Below are positions 18,007 to 26,717 of a DNA stretch of 64,000 bases, piece after piece. Every line of letters starts with the position of its first letter. Position 1 is the stretch's first letter. The DNA comes from Patescibacteria group bacterium. GTDB taxonomy: Bacteria > Patescibacteriota > Patescibacteriia > UBA9934. The stretch is taken from assembly GCA_049296775.1 (NCBI GenBank), contig JBAQTB010000001.1:357284-421283 (forward strand). The letters run 5' to 3'. The notes below the pieces were generated by a model. It was not told where the DNA came from. It saw only the letters and a program-made list of their open reading frames with translations, and did no database searches. The translations under genes and the position numbers were made by a program.

Positions 18007-19279
18007 TGTCTTTGAGATATTTACGGTTTTTAAGTTTATCAGGCAAGTAATCTTGTTTGGCTTCGGTGGGGTTTGTGAAGGCGGGGGTGTATTTGTAGCC
18101 TTTGCCGTAATCAAGGTTTTTCATGAGTTTAGTCGGGGCGTTTCTGAGGTGGAGTGGGACAGGCTCGTTAGGCAGGGCTTGAATGTCTTGCTGGACGGCG
18201 TTGTAAGCTTCATACAGAGCATTACTTTTTGGAGCTTTGGCTAAGTAAGCGACGCATTGCGCTAGGATGACGTTGCACTCTGGCATGCCGAGCATATGGC
18301 AGGCTTGATGAGTAGTCACTGCCTGCACAAGAGCGTTTGGATCGGCTAGCCCGATGTCTTCGCTGGCAAAACGGACGAGCCTTCTAGCAATATAGAGCGG
18401 CTCTTCGCCGGCCTCTAGCATTCTACCGAGCCAATACAAGGCCGCATTGGCATCATGGCCGCGCATGGATTTGTGTAGGGCAGAAATAATGTTGTAATGT
18501 TCTTCGCCGTTGCGATCGTAAAGTAAATGCGTGCGTTGCAGGGCTTGTTTGAGCAAGTCTTCCGTGATGCTGGGACGGGTCGACGACCCGTCCGTATTGC
18601 GCGGAGCAATATGCGCTGCGATTTCCAGCGTATTCAAAGCGCTCCGGGCATCGCCGTCAGAAATGGTCGCTAGGAGTGTTAAGGTCGCCTCGTCAATTTG
18701 TAGATTCTCGTTACCGAGGCCACGTTCTTTGTCTTTCAGGGCGCGGCGCAAGATCTTTTCCAGGGCCGGAGTCTCAAGTTTGTTGAGTACAACTACTCGG
18801 CAACGTGATAGCAAAGCGGCGTTCACTTGAAATGACGGATTTTCGGTAGTGGCGCCAATTAGAGTGACGATGCCTTTTTCTACCGCTGGCAAAAAAGCAT
18901 CTTGTTGGGCTTTATTGAACCTGTGAATTTCATCCACGAATAAAATCGTTTTTTCAGCATAAAATTTCCGTCTCGTCTCCGCATCTTTGATGAGATCTCT
19001 CACATCTTTGACCGTGCCGGAGACGGCGCTAAATGGCATGTATCTGGACTTGGTCATGTTGGCAATAATTTGACCCAGTGTAGTTTTGCCAACGCCCGGT
19101 GGTCCCCAGAAGATCATGGAGGGGAGTTGGTCTGATTGCAGCGCGGCCTTAAGAAAGCCTTGATCACTAATCGCGGCCATTTGCCCCTCATAATCACTCA
19201 AGGTTTGCGGACGCATGCGTTCAGCCAACGGCGCGCCAAGCTGCAAGTTTTTCGCCAATTTAGCTTCAAACAGATCCAT
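17990..19279 (-). CDS. rarA: replication-associated recombination protein A (AAA+ ATPase)
   Basis: Walker [13 protein letters not shown], Walker [12 protein letters not shown], MgsA C-terminal helical domain. Confidence 0.9.
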   Translation of the reverse strand: MDLFEAKLAKNLQLGAPLAERMRPQTLSDYEGQMAAISDQGFLKAALQSDQLPSMIFWGPPGVGKTTLGQIIANMTKSRYMPFSAVSGTVKDVRDLIKDAETRRKFYAEKTILFVDEIHRFNKAQQDAFLPAVEKGIVTLIGATTENPSFQVNAALLSRCRVVVLNKLETPALEKILRRALKDKERGLGNENLQIDEATLTLLATISDGDARSALNTLEIAAHIAPRNTDGSSTRPSITEDLLKQALQRTHLLYDRNGEEHYNIISALHKSMRGHDANAALYWLGRMLEAGEEPLYIARRLVRFASEDIGLADPNALVQAVTTHQACHMLGMPECNVILAQCVAYLAKAPKSNALYEAYNAVQQDIQALPNEPVPLHLRNAPTKLMKNLDYGKGYKYTPAFTNPTEAKQDYLPDKLKNRKYLKDTKNRP

Positions 19280-19324
19280 ACTGGAATAGTGTACGGCGCT
19301 AAGGACTTGCTGTAAATAAAAAAA

Positions 19325-19358
19325 CTGCCCAGTCCTTTTAGACTAGGCAGGCGTTGAT
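19325..19358 (-). terminator. terminator of the NUDIX gene
   Basis: Minus-strand hairpin ctgcc-tagtctaaaaggact-gggcag followed by TTTTTT. Confidence 0.5.
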
Positions 19359-19377
19359 CACCGCGCAGGAGCGTGGG

Positions 19378-20049
19378 TCAGTTCAGGAGCCACTTGGCGA
19401 TGCCTGCGAGTGTGAACCCGCAGTAGATGTCGCCGGCGTCCACCATGGACTTCACCTCTTCTTTTGTGAAGAAGGTGAGGGGCGAGAGCAGCTTCTCGTT
19501 GCGGTCTGGAGCGGCGCCGCTCGGCTTGTCCAGATCGACCGTCGCCATCTGCATGGCAGTCAGGTGCGGGCTCGAGGCGGTGTTGTCGGAGACGTAGCCC
19601 AGGGCTCGGCTGCTCGTGACCTTGCTGCCGGTCTCTTCTTCGGTCTCTCGGACCGCGGCGTCTGCGCCGGATTCCGCTTGGCCGCCTGGGTTGATGTTGG
19701 CGAACCCGCGCGGGAGCTCCCAGCTGGAGCGACCGAGCAGCGTCAGGTCGAGTTTTGGCCAGTTGTTCTTCCACTCGTCCTGGTTCCGAGTGTTGGGGCG
19801 ATGAGCTTTCTGCAGGCCAATACGGCCTGCTGTGTCGACGACCACGGACACCCCCCCGCCTGGCTCGCAGCGCAGGATTTGGTCGTAGAGGACCTTCTTG
19901 TCGCCGGCGTCGTTTTCGTCGATCCAGGCGACGTGCACTACTTGCACGCCAACTTTGAGGTTCTGGAAGACGATGTCGCCTTCTCCGGCAGACCAGCCCG
20001 GTTGAAGTCCCGGAGCTTCGCTTGCAGGCACCACGTAACGTTGAGACAT
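19378..20049 (-). CDS. NUDIX hydrolase (high-GC, compositionally foreign)
   Basis: Nudix box GFANINPGGQAESGADAAVRETEEETG (GX5EX7REUXEEXGU). AAGGAGA RBS 7 nt upstream of ATG. About 62% GC versus ~48% in the flanks. Other-frame ORFs in this segment are high-GC artefacts. Confidence 0.8.
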   Translation of the reverse strand: MSQRYVVPASEAPGLQPGWSAGEGDIVFQNLKVGVQVVHVAWIDENDAGDKKVLYDQILRCEPGGGVSVVVDTAGRIGLQKAHRPNTRNQDEWKNNWPKLDLTLLGRSSWELPRGFANINPGGQAESGADAAVRETEEETGSKVTSSRALGYVSDNTASSPHLTAMQMATVDLDKPSGAAPDRNEKLLSPLTFFTKEEVKSMVDAGDIYCGFTLAGIAKWLLN

Positions 20050-20136
20050 CGTGTCGTTCTCCTTGTATCGCCGGATGATTCAGGCGACGTGAGACTTTAA
20101 TCGATGCGAGAATAAAAGTCAAATAAAGCCTGAACA

Positions 20137-21048
20137 TCAGGCTTGTTTTAGCTTTATCAACTTCGCCACAAAGAAACCTTCGGCTTCGTCGGTGGGGAGG
20201 AGAGTGATGGTTTTGTGGGCGGTTTTGCGAGTGTTTTTGAGAGGGATTGCGATTTCAACTGGCTGCATGAAGGGGAACTCGTTAATTAGCCAAGCGACCA
20301 TGCCTTCATTTTCTTCTGGGGCTAAAGTACAGGTTGAATAAACCAAGGTACCGCCGGGTTTGAGACAGGCGACGGCTGATTTGAGTAAACGGCGTTGGAG
20401 TTTGGCGTGGGCAATGATATTTTTTTCTGACCAGTATTTGTAAGTGCGGAGGTCGGAAAAATCAATGCGGCCTTCTGCAGAGCAGGGGACATCTGCCAGG
20501 ACTTTATCAAAGGCTTCGGGTAACTCTTTATACAGTTGAGCGGCGTCTAGATTTCTAGCGGTGACAGAAGTTGCGCCCTGGATATTTAATGTGTTCAGGA
20601 GTTTTTGGTAGCGAATATCATTATCTTCTGTGGCGATGATCTTGGCTTGGTTATTGGTAAGCGTAGCGATTTCGCTGGTCTTGCTACCGGGCGCTGCGCA
20701 GAGGTCAAGAATTGTATCCGTAGGTTTGAGATCCATGAGGAGTGGCGGCAACATGGAAGTTAGACCTTGCAAATAGATCTGTCCGGAGGTCGCTAGTTCG
20801 TGTTCGAGTAATTGTTTATCTGTACGGTTTTTAATTTTAAAGGCGTGGGGAATGTCTTTGACACGTTCAAAGGCGATCGCCTGTTCACGCAAAACACTCA
20901 TGACCTGTTCGTCAGTGGCTTTGAGAGTATTAACTCTGAAGGTGGGGAGTCGGGGTTTAGCAAAAGTTTTGAGCATGGCGGCCAGACTATTTGGTCCAAA
21001 CTGCACACTTAAGCGATCAGATAAGCTTTGGGGTAGGGGGTTTTTCAT
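20137..21048 (-). CDS. rRNA (cytosine-C5)-methyltransferase, NOL1/NOP2/Sun family (RsmB/RsmF-like)
   Basis: SAM-binding DLCAAPGSKT, catalytic region with PCS and TC cysteines (DVPCSAEG...YSTCT). Confidence 0.8.
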   Translation of the reverse strand: MKNPLPQSLSDRLSVQFGPNSLAAMLKTFAKPRLPTFRVNTLKATDEQVMSVLREQAIAFERVKDIPHAFKIKNRTDKQLLEHELATSGQIYLQGLTSMLPPLLMDLKPTDTILDLCAAPGSKTSEIATLTNNQAKIIATEDNDIRYQKLLNTLNIQGATSVTARNLDAAQLYKELPEAFDKVLADVPCSAEGRIDFSDLRTYKYWSEKNIIAHAKLQRRLLKSAVACLKPGGTLVYSTCTLAPEENEGMVAWLINEFPFMQPVEIAIPLKNTRKTAHKTITLLPTDEAEGFFVAKLIKLKQA

Positions 21049-21182
21049 GTAAAAAGTTTAGGCGACCTTAGGACATTTATCAGATGATTCCTAGAGTACA
21101 GACTTTTTGTGAAATCTCAAAGTAATTTATGACTGCAGTTGGATTTGGATTTTTTCTAGTTTTCAGTTAGCATATAGGCATT

Positions 21183-23525
21183 ATGTCCTACGATCATAAG
21201 CGTATTGATGCTAAGTGGCAGCAGCGTTGGGATGAGGCTAAGATTTTTGAGGCCCAGGATGGCTCCAAGAAAGACAAATACTACGTGCTCGTAGAGTTTC
21301 CGTATCCGTCTGGCGCTGGTCTTCACGTTGGACACCCGCGTAGCTATACCGCTCTTGATATTGTGGCGCGGAAGAAGCGCATGGAGGGCAAGAATGTATT
21401 GTTCCCTATGGGCTGGGATGCCTTTGGTTTGCCGGCGGAGAATTACGCTATCAAGACTGGTGTACATCCAAGTGTAGTGACTCGTGAAAATATCGACAAC
21501 TTCCGCCGCCAGCTGAAGGCGATCGGTTTTAGTTTTGATTGGTCACGTGAGGTGAATACGACCGATCCCAAGTATTACCGCTGGACGCAGTGGATGTTTA
21601 ATCAATTCTTTAAGGCGGGGCTGGCCTATAAAGCAAAAGCTACAATTAACTGGTGTCCAAAAGACAAAACTGGCTTGGCGAATGAGGAAGTGGTGGGGGG
21701 AGCATGTGAACGCTGTGGCACGCCGGTTGAAAAACGTGAGAAAGAACAGTGGATGATTGCGATCACCAAATACGCCGATCGTTTACTGGAGGATCTGAAC
21801 ACGGTCGACTATTTGCCAAAAATCAAAAAGCAACAAGAAGATTGGATCGGTAAAAGCGAAGGCGCCGAGATCGATTTTTCACTGCGCCTTCCCCCCTTGG
21901 ATAAGGGGGGAGCAAGGGGGGTCGTCTCTACGACTTGCCTAACCGCCTTCACCACCCGCCCTGACACCATTTTCGGTGTGACTTACATTGTTCTTGCTCC
22001 GGAACATCCTTGGGTTAAGCTCGCGACCGATGATCAGCATGATGTTCTCGAGAATAAAGAGGAAGTAAGGGCTTATCTTGAGAGCGTAAAATCTCGCACC
22101 GAGATTGATCGTACCAATGACGACAAAGAAAAGACGGGTGTCGAGCTGAAGGGCGTGAAGGCTATCAACCCAGCTACGGGCGAAGAGATCCCGATGTGGG
22201 TGGCGGATTATGTTTTGCCTAATTATGGCACCGGTGTCGTCATGGCCGTCCCGGCGCATGATGAGCGTGATCGAGCGTTCGCTGAGAAATACGCTTTGCC
22301 GATTGTCGATGAACCGCTAGTTAGTTTTGATGAAGGTATTGAAAAATCCAAAGGTCGAAAGAAGACAAATTATCGCCTCCGTGATTGGGTATTTTCTCGT
22401 CAGCGGTATTGGGGTGAGCCGATTCCGTTAGTTCATTGTGAGAAAGACGGGTGGGTAGCTGTGCCGGACGAGCAGTTGCCAGTTGAGCTTCCGAAGGTCG
22501 AGAAGTATGAGCCCACTGACAGCGGCGAATCTCCACTTGCGAGTATCGAAAGTTTTGTAAATACGACCTGTCCAACTTGTGGTGGGCCGGCGAAGCGAGA
22601 GACGGATACGATGCCAAACTGGGCTGGGTCGAGTTGGTATTTCCTCCGCTATATTGATCCAAGCAACGATACGGAGTTCGCATCGAAGAAAGCGCTAAAG
22701 TACTGGACGCCGGTTGATCTTTACAACGGTGGGATGGAACATACGACACTCCACTTGTTGTACTCGCGTTTCTGGAACAAGTTTTTGTTCGATCAAGGCT
22801 TGGTGCCAACGAGTGAGCCTTACATGCGCCGGCACAGTCACGGTTTGATTATGTCCGAGGACGGCACGAAGATGTCTAAGTCCAAGGGGAACGTGGTGAA
22901 TCCGGATGAAGTTGTGGCTGAGTACGGAGCTGATGCTTTCCGGGCGTATATTTTGTTCATGGGGCCATTTGAAGAGCACGTGCCGTGGTCCACTAATGGT
23001 TTGGTGGGCGTGCGTAGATTCTTGGACAAGGTTGAACGCTTGGCGGATAAGTTGGGTGACGAAACGCCGGAGGTGACCAAGGCACTGCACAAAACAATTC
23101 AAAAAGTTAGCAGTGACATTGAGAGTTTCCGTTTCAATACGGCCGTGAGCGAACTCATGAAGTTTGTTAATTTGGTGCAAGAGACAAAGTCGTTGTCGGC
23201 TGAAAGCTTTAAAGTGTTTTTGACACTTTTGTCCCCATTTGCTCCACACTTAGCGAATGAGTTGTGGGAACAGTTGGGTATGACGGGGCTAGTTGAAGAA
23301 CAGTCTTGGCCAGTGGCGGATGAGAAGTTTTTGGTAGACGATAAAATTACCATCGTGGTTCAGGTGAACGGCAAGCTCCGGGCTAGTTTAGAAGTCTCGC
23401 CTGAGATTAGTGATGAAGATTTGTTGCAGTTAGCCAAGGCAGATGAGAATGTACAGAAGTTTTTGGTGGGGGAGATTAAGAAGGAGATCGTGGTGAAGGG
23501 TAAGCTGGTCAATTTCGTAGTGTAA
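21183..23525 (+). CDS. leuS: leucine--tRNA ligase
   Basis: HVGH class I motif, KMSKS (KMSKSKGN), CP1 editing region (TTRPDTIFGVTYIVLAPEHP), 780 aa. Contains the in-frame repeat copy at 21883..21924. Confidence 0.95.
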   Translation: MSYDHKRIDAKWQQRWDEAKIFEAQDGSKKDKYYVLVEFPYPSGAGLHVGHPRSYTALDIVARKKRMEGKNVLFPMGWDAFGLPAENYAIKTGVHPSVVTRENIDNFRRQLKAIGFSFDWSREVNTTDPKYYRWTQWMFNQFFKAGLAYKAKATINWCPKDKTGLANEEVVGGACERCGTPVEKREKEQWMIAITKYADRLLEDLNTVDYLPKIKKQQEDWIGKSEGAEIDFSLRLPPLDKGGARGVVSTTCLTAFTTRPDTIFGVTYIVLAPEHPWVKLATDDQHDVLENKEEVRAYLESVKSRTEIDRTNDDKEKTGVELKGVKAINPATGEEIPMWVADYVLPNYGTGVVMAVPAHDERDRAFAEKYALPIVDEPLVSFDEGIEKSKGRKKTNYRLRDWVFSRQRYWGEPIPLVHCEKDGWVAVPDEQLPVELPKVEKYEPTDSGESPLASIESFVNTTCPTCGGPAKRETDTMPNWAGSSWYFLRYIDPSNDTEFASKKALKYWTPVDLYNGGMEHTTLHLLYSRFWNKFLFDQGLVPTSEPYMRRHSHGLIMSEDGTKMSKSKGNVVNPDEVVAEYGADAFRAYILFMGPFEEHVPWSTNGLVGVRRFLDKVERLADKLGDETPEVTKALHKTIQKVSSDIESFRFNTAVSELMKFVNLVQETKSLSAESFKVFLTLLSPFAPHLANELWEQLGMTGLVEEQSWPVADEKFLVDDKITIVVQVNGKLRASLEVSPEISDEDLLQLAKADENVQKFLVGEIKKEIVVKGKLVNFVV
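21883..21924. repeat. copy A of the short palindromic C5-TTGATAA-G5 repeat (inside leuS, in-frame)
   Basis: ctgcgccttccccccttggataaggggggagcaaggggggtc. About 85% identical over ~45 nt to 26436..26484 and clearly related to 30169..30200. Confidence 0.6.
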
Positions 23526-23528
23526 GTT

Positions 23529-24905
23529 GTGATTAAGCAAGCGACTCCGAGTTTGATCCTGGCGAGTGTACTCGTGGGATTCATAGCTGGGGTCGCTTTC
23601 AGTTCATGGTTTGTGGGTTGGGCGGTGGTGGTTGGCGCTGTGGTCTTGGTGGACTTGGCTTTTTTGGGTTTACGGCGTGCTGCCTGGAGGGATCGATTAT
23701 TGTTGGTGGGATTGTTATTGTTTGGATTAGTAACAGGACATTTTAGATATGTCATGTCGCAGCCGGGCGTAAATTCTTTAGCGGCGTACACGGGTAGTCA
23801 TTATGCCATTACGGGTACTATCGCCAAGCATGAGGGTGATGTCAGTCGGCAAAAATTAACTTTGAACCAGGTCTCTTTGGACGGGGTGAATGTGACTGGG
23901 CGAATGTTGGTGTTTGCGCCAGGTTATCCCAAACTAAAAACGGGCCAGCAAGTTCAAGTAAGTTGCGTAGCTGAGGCGCCGGAGCCGTTTGACGGTTTCC
24001 ACTATGAACGTTACTTGGCGAGTAAGCGTATTTACGCCACGTGTTTTGTGCGTGAGGCCCCGTTTGTTCTTGGAGTGTCACCCAGATTTGTGGGCTTGGA
24101 TAGACTGCATGAGAGCGCGGTGGCCCAGATTAATCAGCTGTTGGGGGAGCCGCAATCAGCGCTGTTGGCCGGCTTGCTCATGGGGGATAATAATTTCTCT
24201 GATGAATGGAAAGGGTATTTCTTGAGTACAGGCACTTCACATGTGGTGGCGGCGTCTGGTTATAACGTGTCCATGTTGGCGATTGTGTTGTTGGCGGTGT
24301 TGGTGAGTTTGGGATTCAGACGACAACAAGCTTTTCCGTTGATTGTGTTGGGGATCGCGGCCTTTGTGATTATCGCTGGGGCGGAAGCGGCCGTGACGCG
24401 GGCGGGGATTATGGGTGTGTTAGCTTTGTCGGCCACGCAATTGGGGCGCAAGACCACAGTTAGAAATATCATTTTACTGACCGTGGTCGGGATGTTGTTG
24501 CTGGAGCCACGACTCTTACGTGATGATGTCGGTTTCCAGTTATCGGTACTATCCACGATCGGATTGATTACCATGGCGCGCTATTTTTCGGAGAAATTTG
24601 CGTTCATTCCGGAGGCGTTGGGCTTAAAGGAGTCATTCGCAGCTACGATTGCTGCAACTTTAGCGACCTTGCCTGTTATCATTTTGGGTTTTGGAAAAAT
24701 TTCGATTATCAGTCCATTTGTTAATTTGTTGATTCTGCCGTTTGTGCCATACGCCATGTTGTTCGGCCTGATTGCGACCGTGGTTGGGGTGATAGATCAA
24801 GGGCTAGGCGCGTTAATTATGGGCCCAGCTTGGATTTGCTTAACGGCCATGTTGAAGATTATTCAGGCTATGGCAGCCTTGCCGTTTGCTATTGTTAAGT
24901 TATGA
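23529..24905 (+). CDS. comEC: ComEC/Rec2 DNA internalisation channel, N-terminal (DUF4131 plus competence) part
   Basis: Multi-TM ORF with a ComEC-like competence-domain signature (SGTSHVVAASGYNVSMLA). The stop overlaps the next ORF start (ATGA). Confidence 0.75.
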   Translation: MIKQATPSLILASVLVGFIAGVAFSSWFVGWAVVVGAVVLVDLAFLGLRRAAWRDRLLLVGLLLFGLVTGHFRYVMSQPGVNSLAAYTGSHYAITGTIAKHEGDVSRQKLTLNQVSLDGVNVTGRMLVFAPGYPKLKTGQQVQVSCVAEAPEPFDGFHYERYLASKRIYATCFVREAPFVLGVSPRFVGLDRLHESAVAQINQLLGEPQSALLAGLLMGDNNFSDEWKGYFLSTGTSHVVAASGYNVSMLAIVLLAVLVSLGFRRQQAFPLIVLGIAAFVIIAGAEAAVTRAGIMGVLALSATQLGRKTTVRNIILLTVVGMLLLEPRLLRDDVGFQLSVLSTIGLITMARYFSEKFAFIPEALGLKESFAATIAATLATLPVIILGFGKISIISPFVNLLILPFVPYAMLFGLIATVVGVIDQGLGALIMGPAWICLTAMLKIIQAMAALPFAIVKL

Positions 24906-25732
24906 CCAGACGTTTAGGGATATTTTTAGTGAGTGTCATGACCTTGGCGTTGTTAGTTTTAGCCGATTTTTGGCCGTCACAAACGGTTAAGATTTGGGTG
25001 CTAGATATCGGTCAGGGTGATGCAATTTTTATCGATGCCCCAGAGGCTCAAGTTTTGATTGACGGTGGACCTAGCCCGGTGGTTCTTGAGAGATTGGGCA
25101 TGGTATTACCGTGGTGGGATCGGCGTCTAGATGTAGTGGTTAACACGCATCCGCATGCTGATCATTTAGTGGGGCTTTTGCCAGTCTTGGAGCGTTACCA
25201 GGTCGACCTAGTCTTGGATGCGGATGAAGGTTATGACACCCCGGAATTTGCAGAATATTTACGGCTTGCGTCTGACGCTAGGCAAGTAGTTTCGGCTGGG
25301 GATGTGTTTGATCTTGGGCAGGGAGCGAGTTTGAGAACTGTTTGGCCGCCTCAGCCTTATGACGGCGCCTGGTTAGATGATCCGAATGATGGTTCGGTGG
25401 TGATGGAGTTTTCGTATCAAGGGGTGTCAGTTTTGTTGACGGGCGATGCTGGGGCAGCAGAAGAGGCAGAGTGGGATGTGGGTCAGATTGATATTCTTAA
25501 AGTTGGTCATCACGGGAGCGATACTTCAACCTCTGTGGAATTCTTACAGCGTATCCAGCCCGAGGTCGCGCTGATTCCGGTGGGAGTGGATAATGATTAT
25601 AATCATCCCAGTACTTTTGTAGTCGATAGATTATTGAACTTTGGCGCGCAGGTTTTCCGCACGGATACAGATGGGAATATTCGAGTCAAGATTAAAAATG
25701 GTCAGTATTCTGTGAAAACCATACGTTTTTAA
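24902..25732 (+). CDS. ComEC C-terminal metallo-beta-lactamase domain as a separate ORF
   Basis: VNTHPHADHLVG motif (HxHxDH), GDAG..., HHGS; typical ComEC beta-lactamase-like domain. Confidence 0.75.
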   Translation: MTRRLGIFLVSVMTLALLVLADFWPSQTVKIWVLDIGQGDAIFIDAPEAQVLIDGGPSPVVLERLGMVLPWWDRRLDVVVNTHPHADHLVGLLPVLERYQVDLVLDADEGYDTPEFAEYLRLASDARQVVSAGDVFDLGQGASLRTVWPPQPYDGAWLDDPNDGSVVMEFSYQGVSVLLTGDAGAAEEAEWDVGQIDILKVGHHGSDTSTSVEFLQRIQPEVALIPVGVDNDYNHPSTFVVDRLLNFGAQVFRTDTDGNIRVKIKNGQYSVKTIRF

Positions 25733-25837
25733 ACTTTGTGTTATTGAGCTTTTATTGAGATAAATGTCCAGAAACTCCCGAAGATTTTGACTTTTTTGAA
25801 TTATCTATTATACTTTCCGCGAATTAACCTTGAGTTT

Positions 25838-26305
25838 ATGGCCGACATTCAACGCACTCTCGTTTTGATTAAGCCCGATGCCATTCAACGCGAATTGGCT
25901 GGTGAGATCGTGACCCGTTTTGAGCGCAAGGGCTTGAAGACGGTCGGTATGAAGATGACTCATTTAGATGAGGCTACTTTAACTGAGCATTACGGCCATT
26001 TGAAAGAGAAGTCTTTCTTTGGTGATCTTATGAAGTTCATGATGCAGACTCCGGTGATCGCCATGGTCCTGGAAGGTTACGACATCATTGAAGTCGTTAG
26101 AGTAATTGTAGGCGCCACTAACCCGCGTGCGGCTGATGCGGGCACCATTCGTTCTGATCTTTCCATGAACGTGCCTTCAAATATTATCCACGCTTCTGAT
26201 TCTTTGGAGTCAGCTGCGGTGGAGATTAAGCGCTTCTTTAAGGACGAAGAGCTCTTTGCTTACGATAAGCTTACAGATAAGTTCCATTTTGGAGAGGGTG
26301 TTTAA
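25838..26305 (+). CDS. ndk: nucleoside diphosphate kinase
   Basis: MADIQRTLVLIKPDAIQR...active-site His context NIIHASDS; 155 aa from ATG at 25838. Confidence 0.9.
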   Translation: MADIQRTLVLIKPDAIQRELAGEIVTRFERKGLKTVGMKMTHLDEATLTEHYGHLKEKSFFGDLMKFMMQTPVIAMVLEGYDIIEVVRVIVGATNPRAADAGTIRSDLSMNVPSNIIHASDSLESAAVEIKRFFKDEELFAYDKLTDKFHFGEGV

Positions 26306-26717
26306 GTGGTTTGGCTCCTGTAGATTATTTGGTATAGTCTATTTACCGACAACGTTTCGTGATTTGACCTAATCACATCGTGAAAGGATCCATTGGCTTG
26401 TAATCAAGCTCCTACGAATTAACGTAGGCTGGGAGCTGCGCCGATTCGCCTTCCCCCTTGATAAGGGGGAAATATAGGGGGTCGTTGCAGCAGGGGATCT
26501 GGCGGCTTAGTTATGTGCAAAGGGCCTTTAGTGGGTGCAGACTCGTTGATTGTCCGTGACATAACGCCCCAATAGGGTTTAGGGCCGGTATCACGACTCG
26601 TTGATCGGTTTTGAGACTTGAAAGTTTTTCCAAGGCCCGCTCACGCGGGCCTTTGGGTTGTTTGCATAATTTTTTAGCGTTTGATAGGTTCAATTAGCCT
26701 TTACTGGTGAGGGGGGT
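26306..26717. other. ~410-bp non-coding region rich in hairpins and short repeats upstream of the orphan ORF
   Basis: No ORF with coding character. Hairpins: gtgatt-tgacct-aatcac, gcttg-taat-caagc, cctacg-aattaa-cgtagg, ccccctt-gat-aaggggg, aaggcccgc-tcac-gcgggcctt. Repeat copy B at 26436..26484. Direct repeats gactcgttgat (26541, 26594) and gggccttt(a)g(t)gggt (26522, 26650). Confidence 0.5.
26436..26484. repeat. copy B of the C5-TTGATAA-G5 palindromic repeat (intergenic)
   Basis: ctgcgccgattcgccttcccccttgataagggggaaatatagggggtcg. Confidence 0.6.

Noticed and set aside
19354-20137. Long ORFs in two other frames (248 aa on +, 259 aa on -) across the NUDIX region
   Set aside because: These are products of the locally high GC (Arg/Ala/Gly-rich, no motifs). 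Only the frame at 19378..20049 on the minus strand has a Nudix box, an RBS and a terminator.
26306-26717. RNase P RNA, tmRNA or 6S RNA in the ndk-orphan intergenic region (and in the rpsJ-rplC spacer)
   Set aside because: Conserved signatures (RNase P P4 strands GGAAAGUCCGGGC / ACAGAANCCGGCUUA; tmRNA tRNA-like ends and tag ORF) were looked for by eye and not found. Only weak partial resemblances exist.
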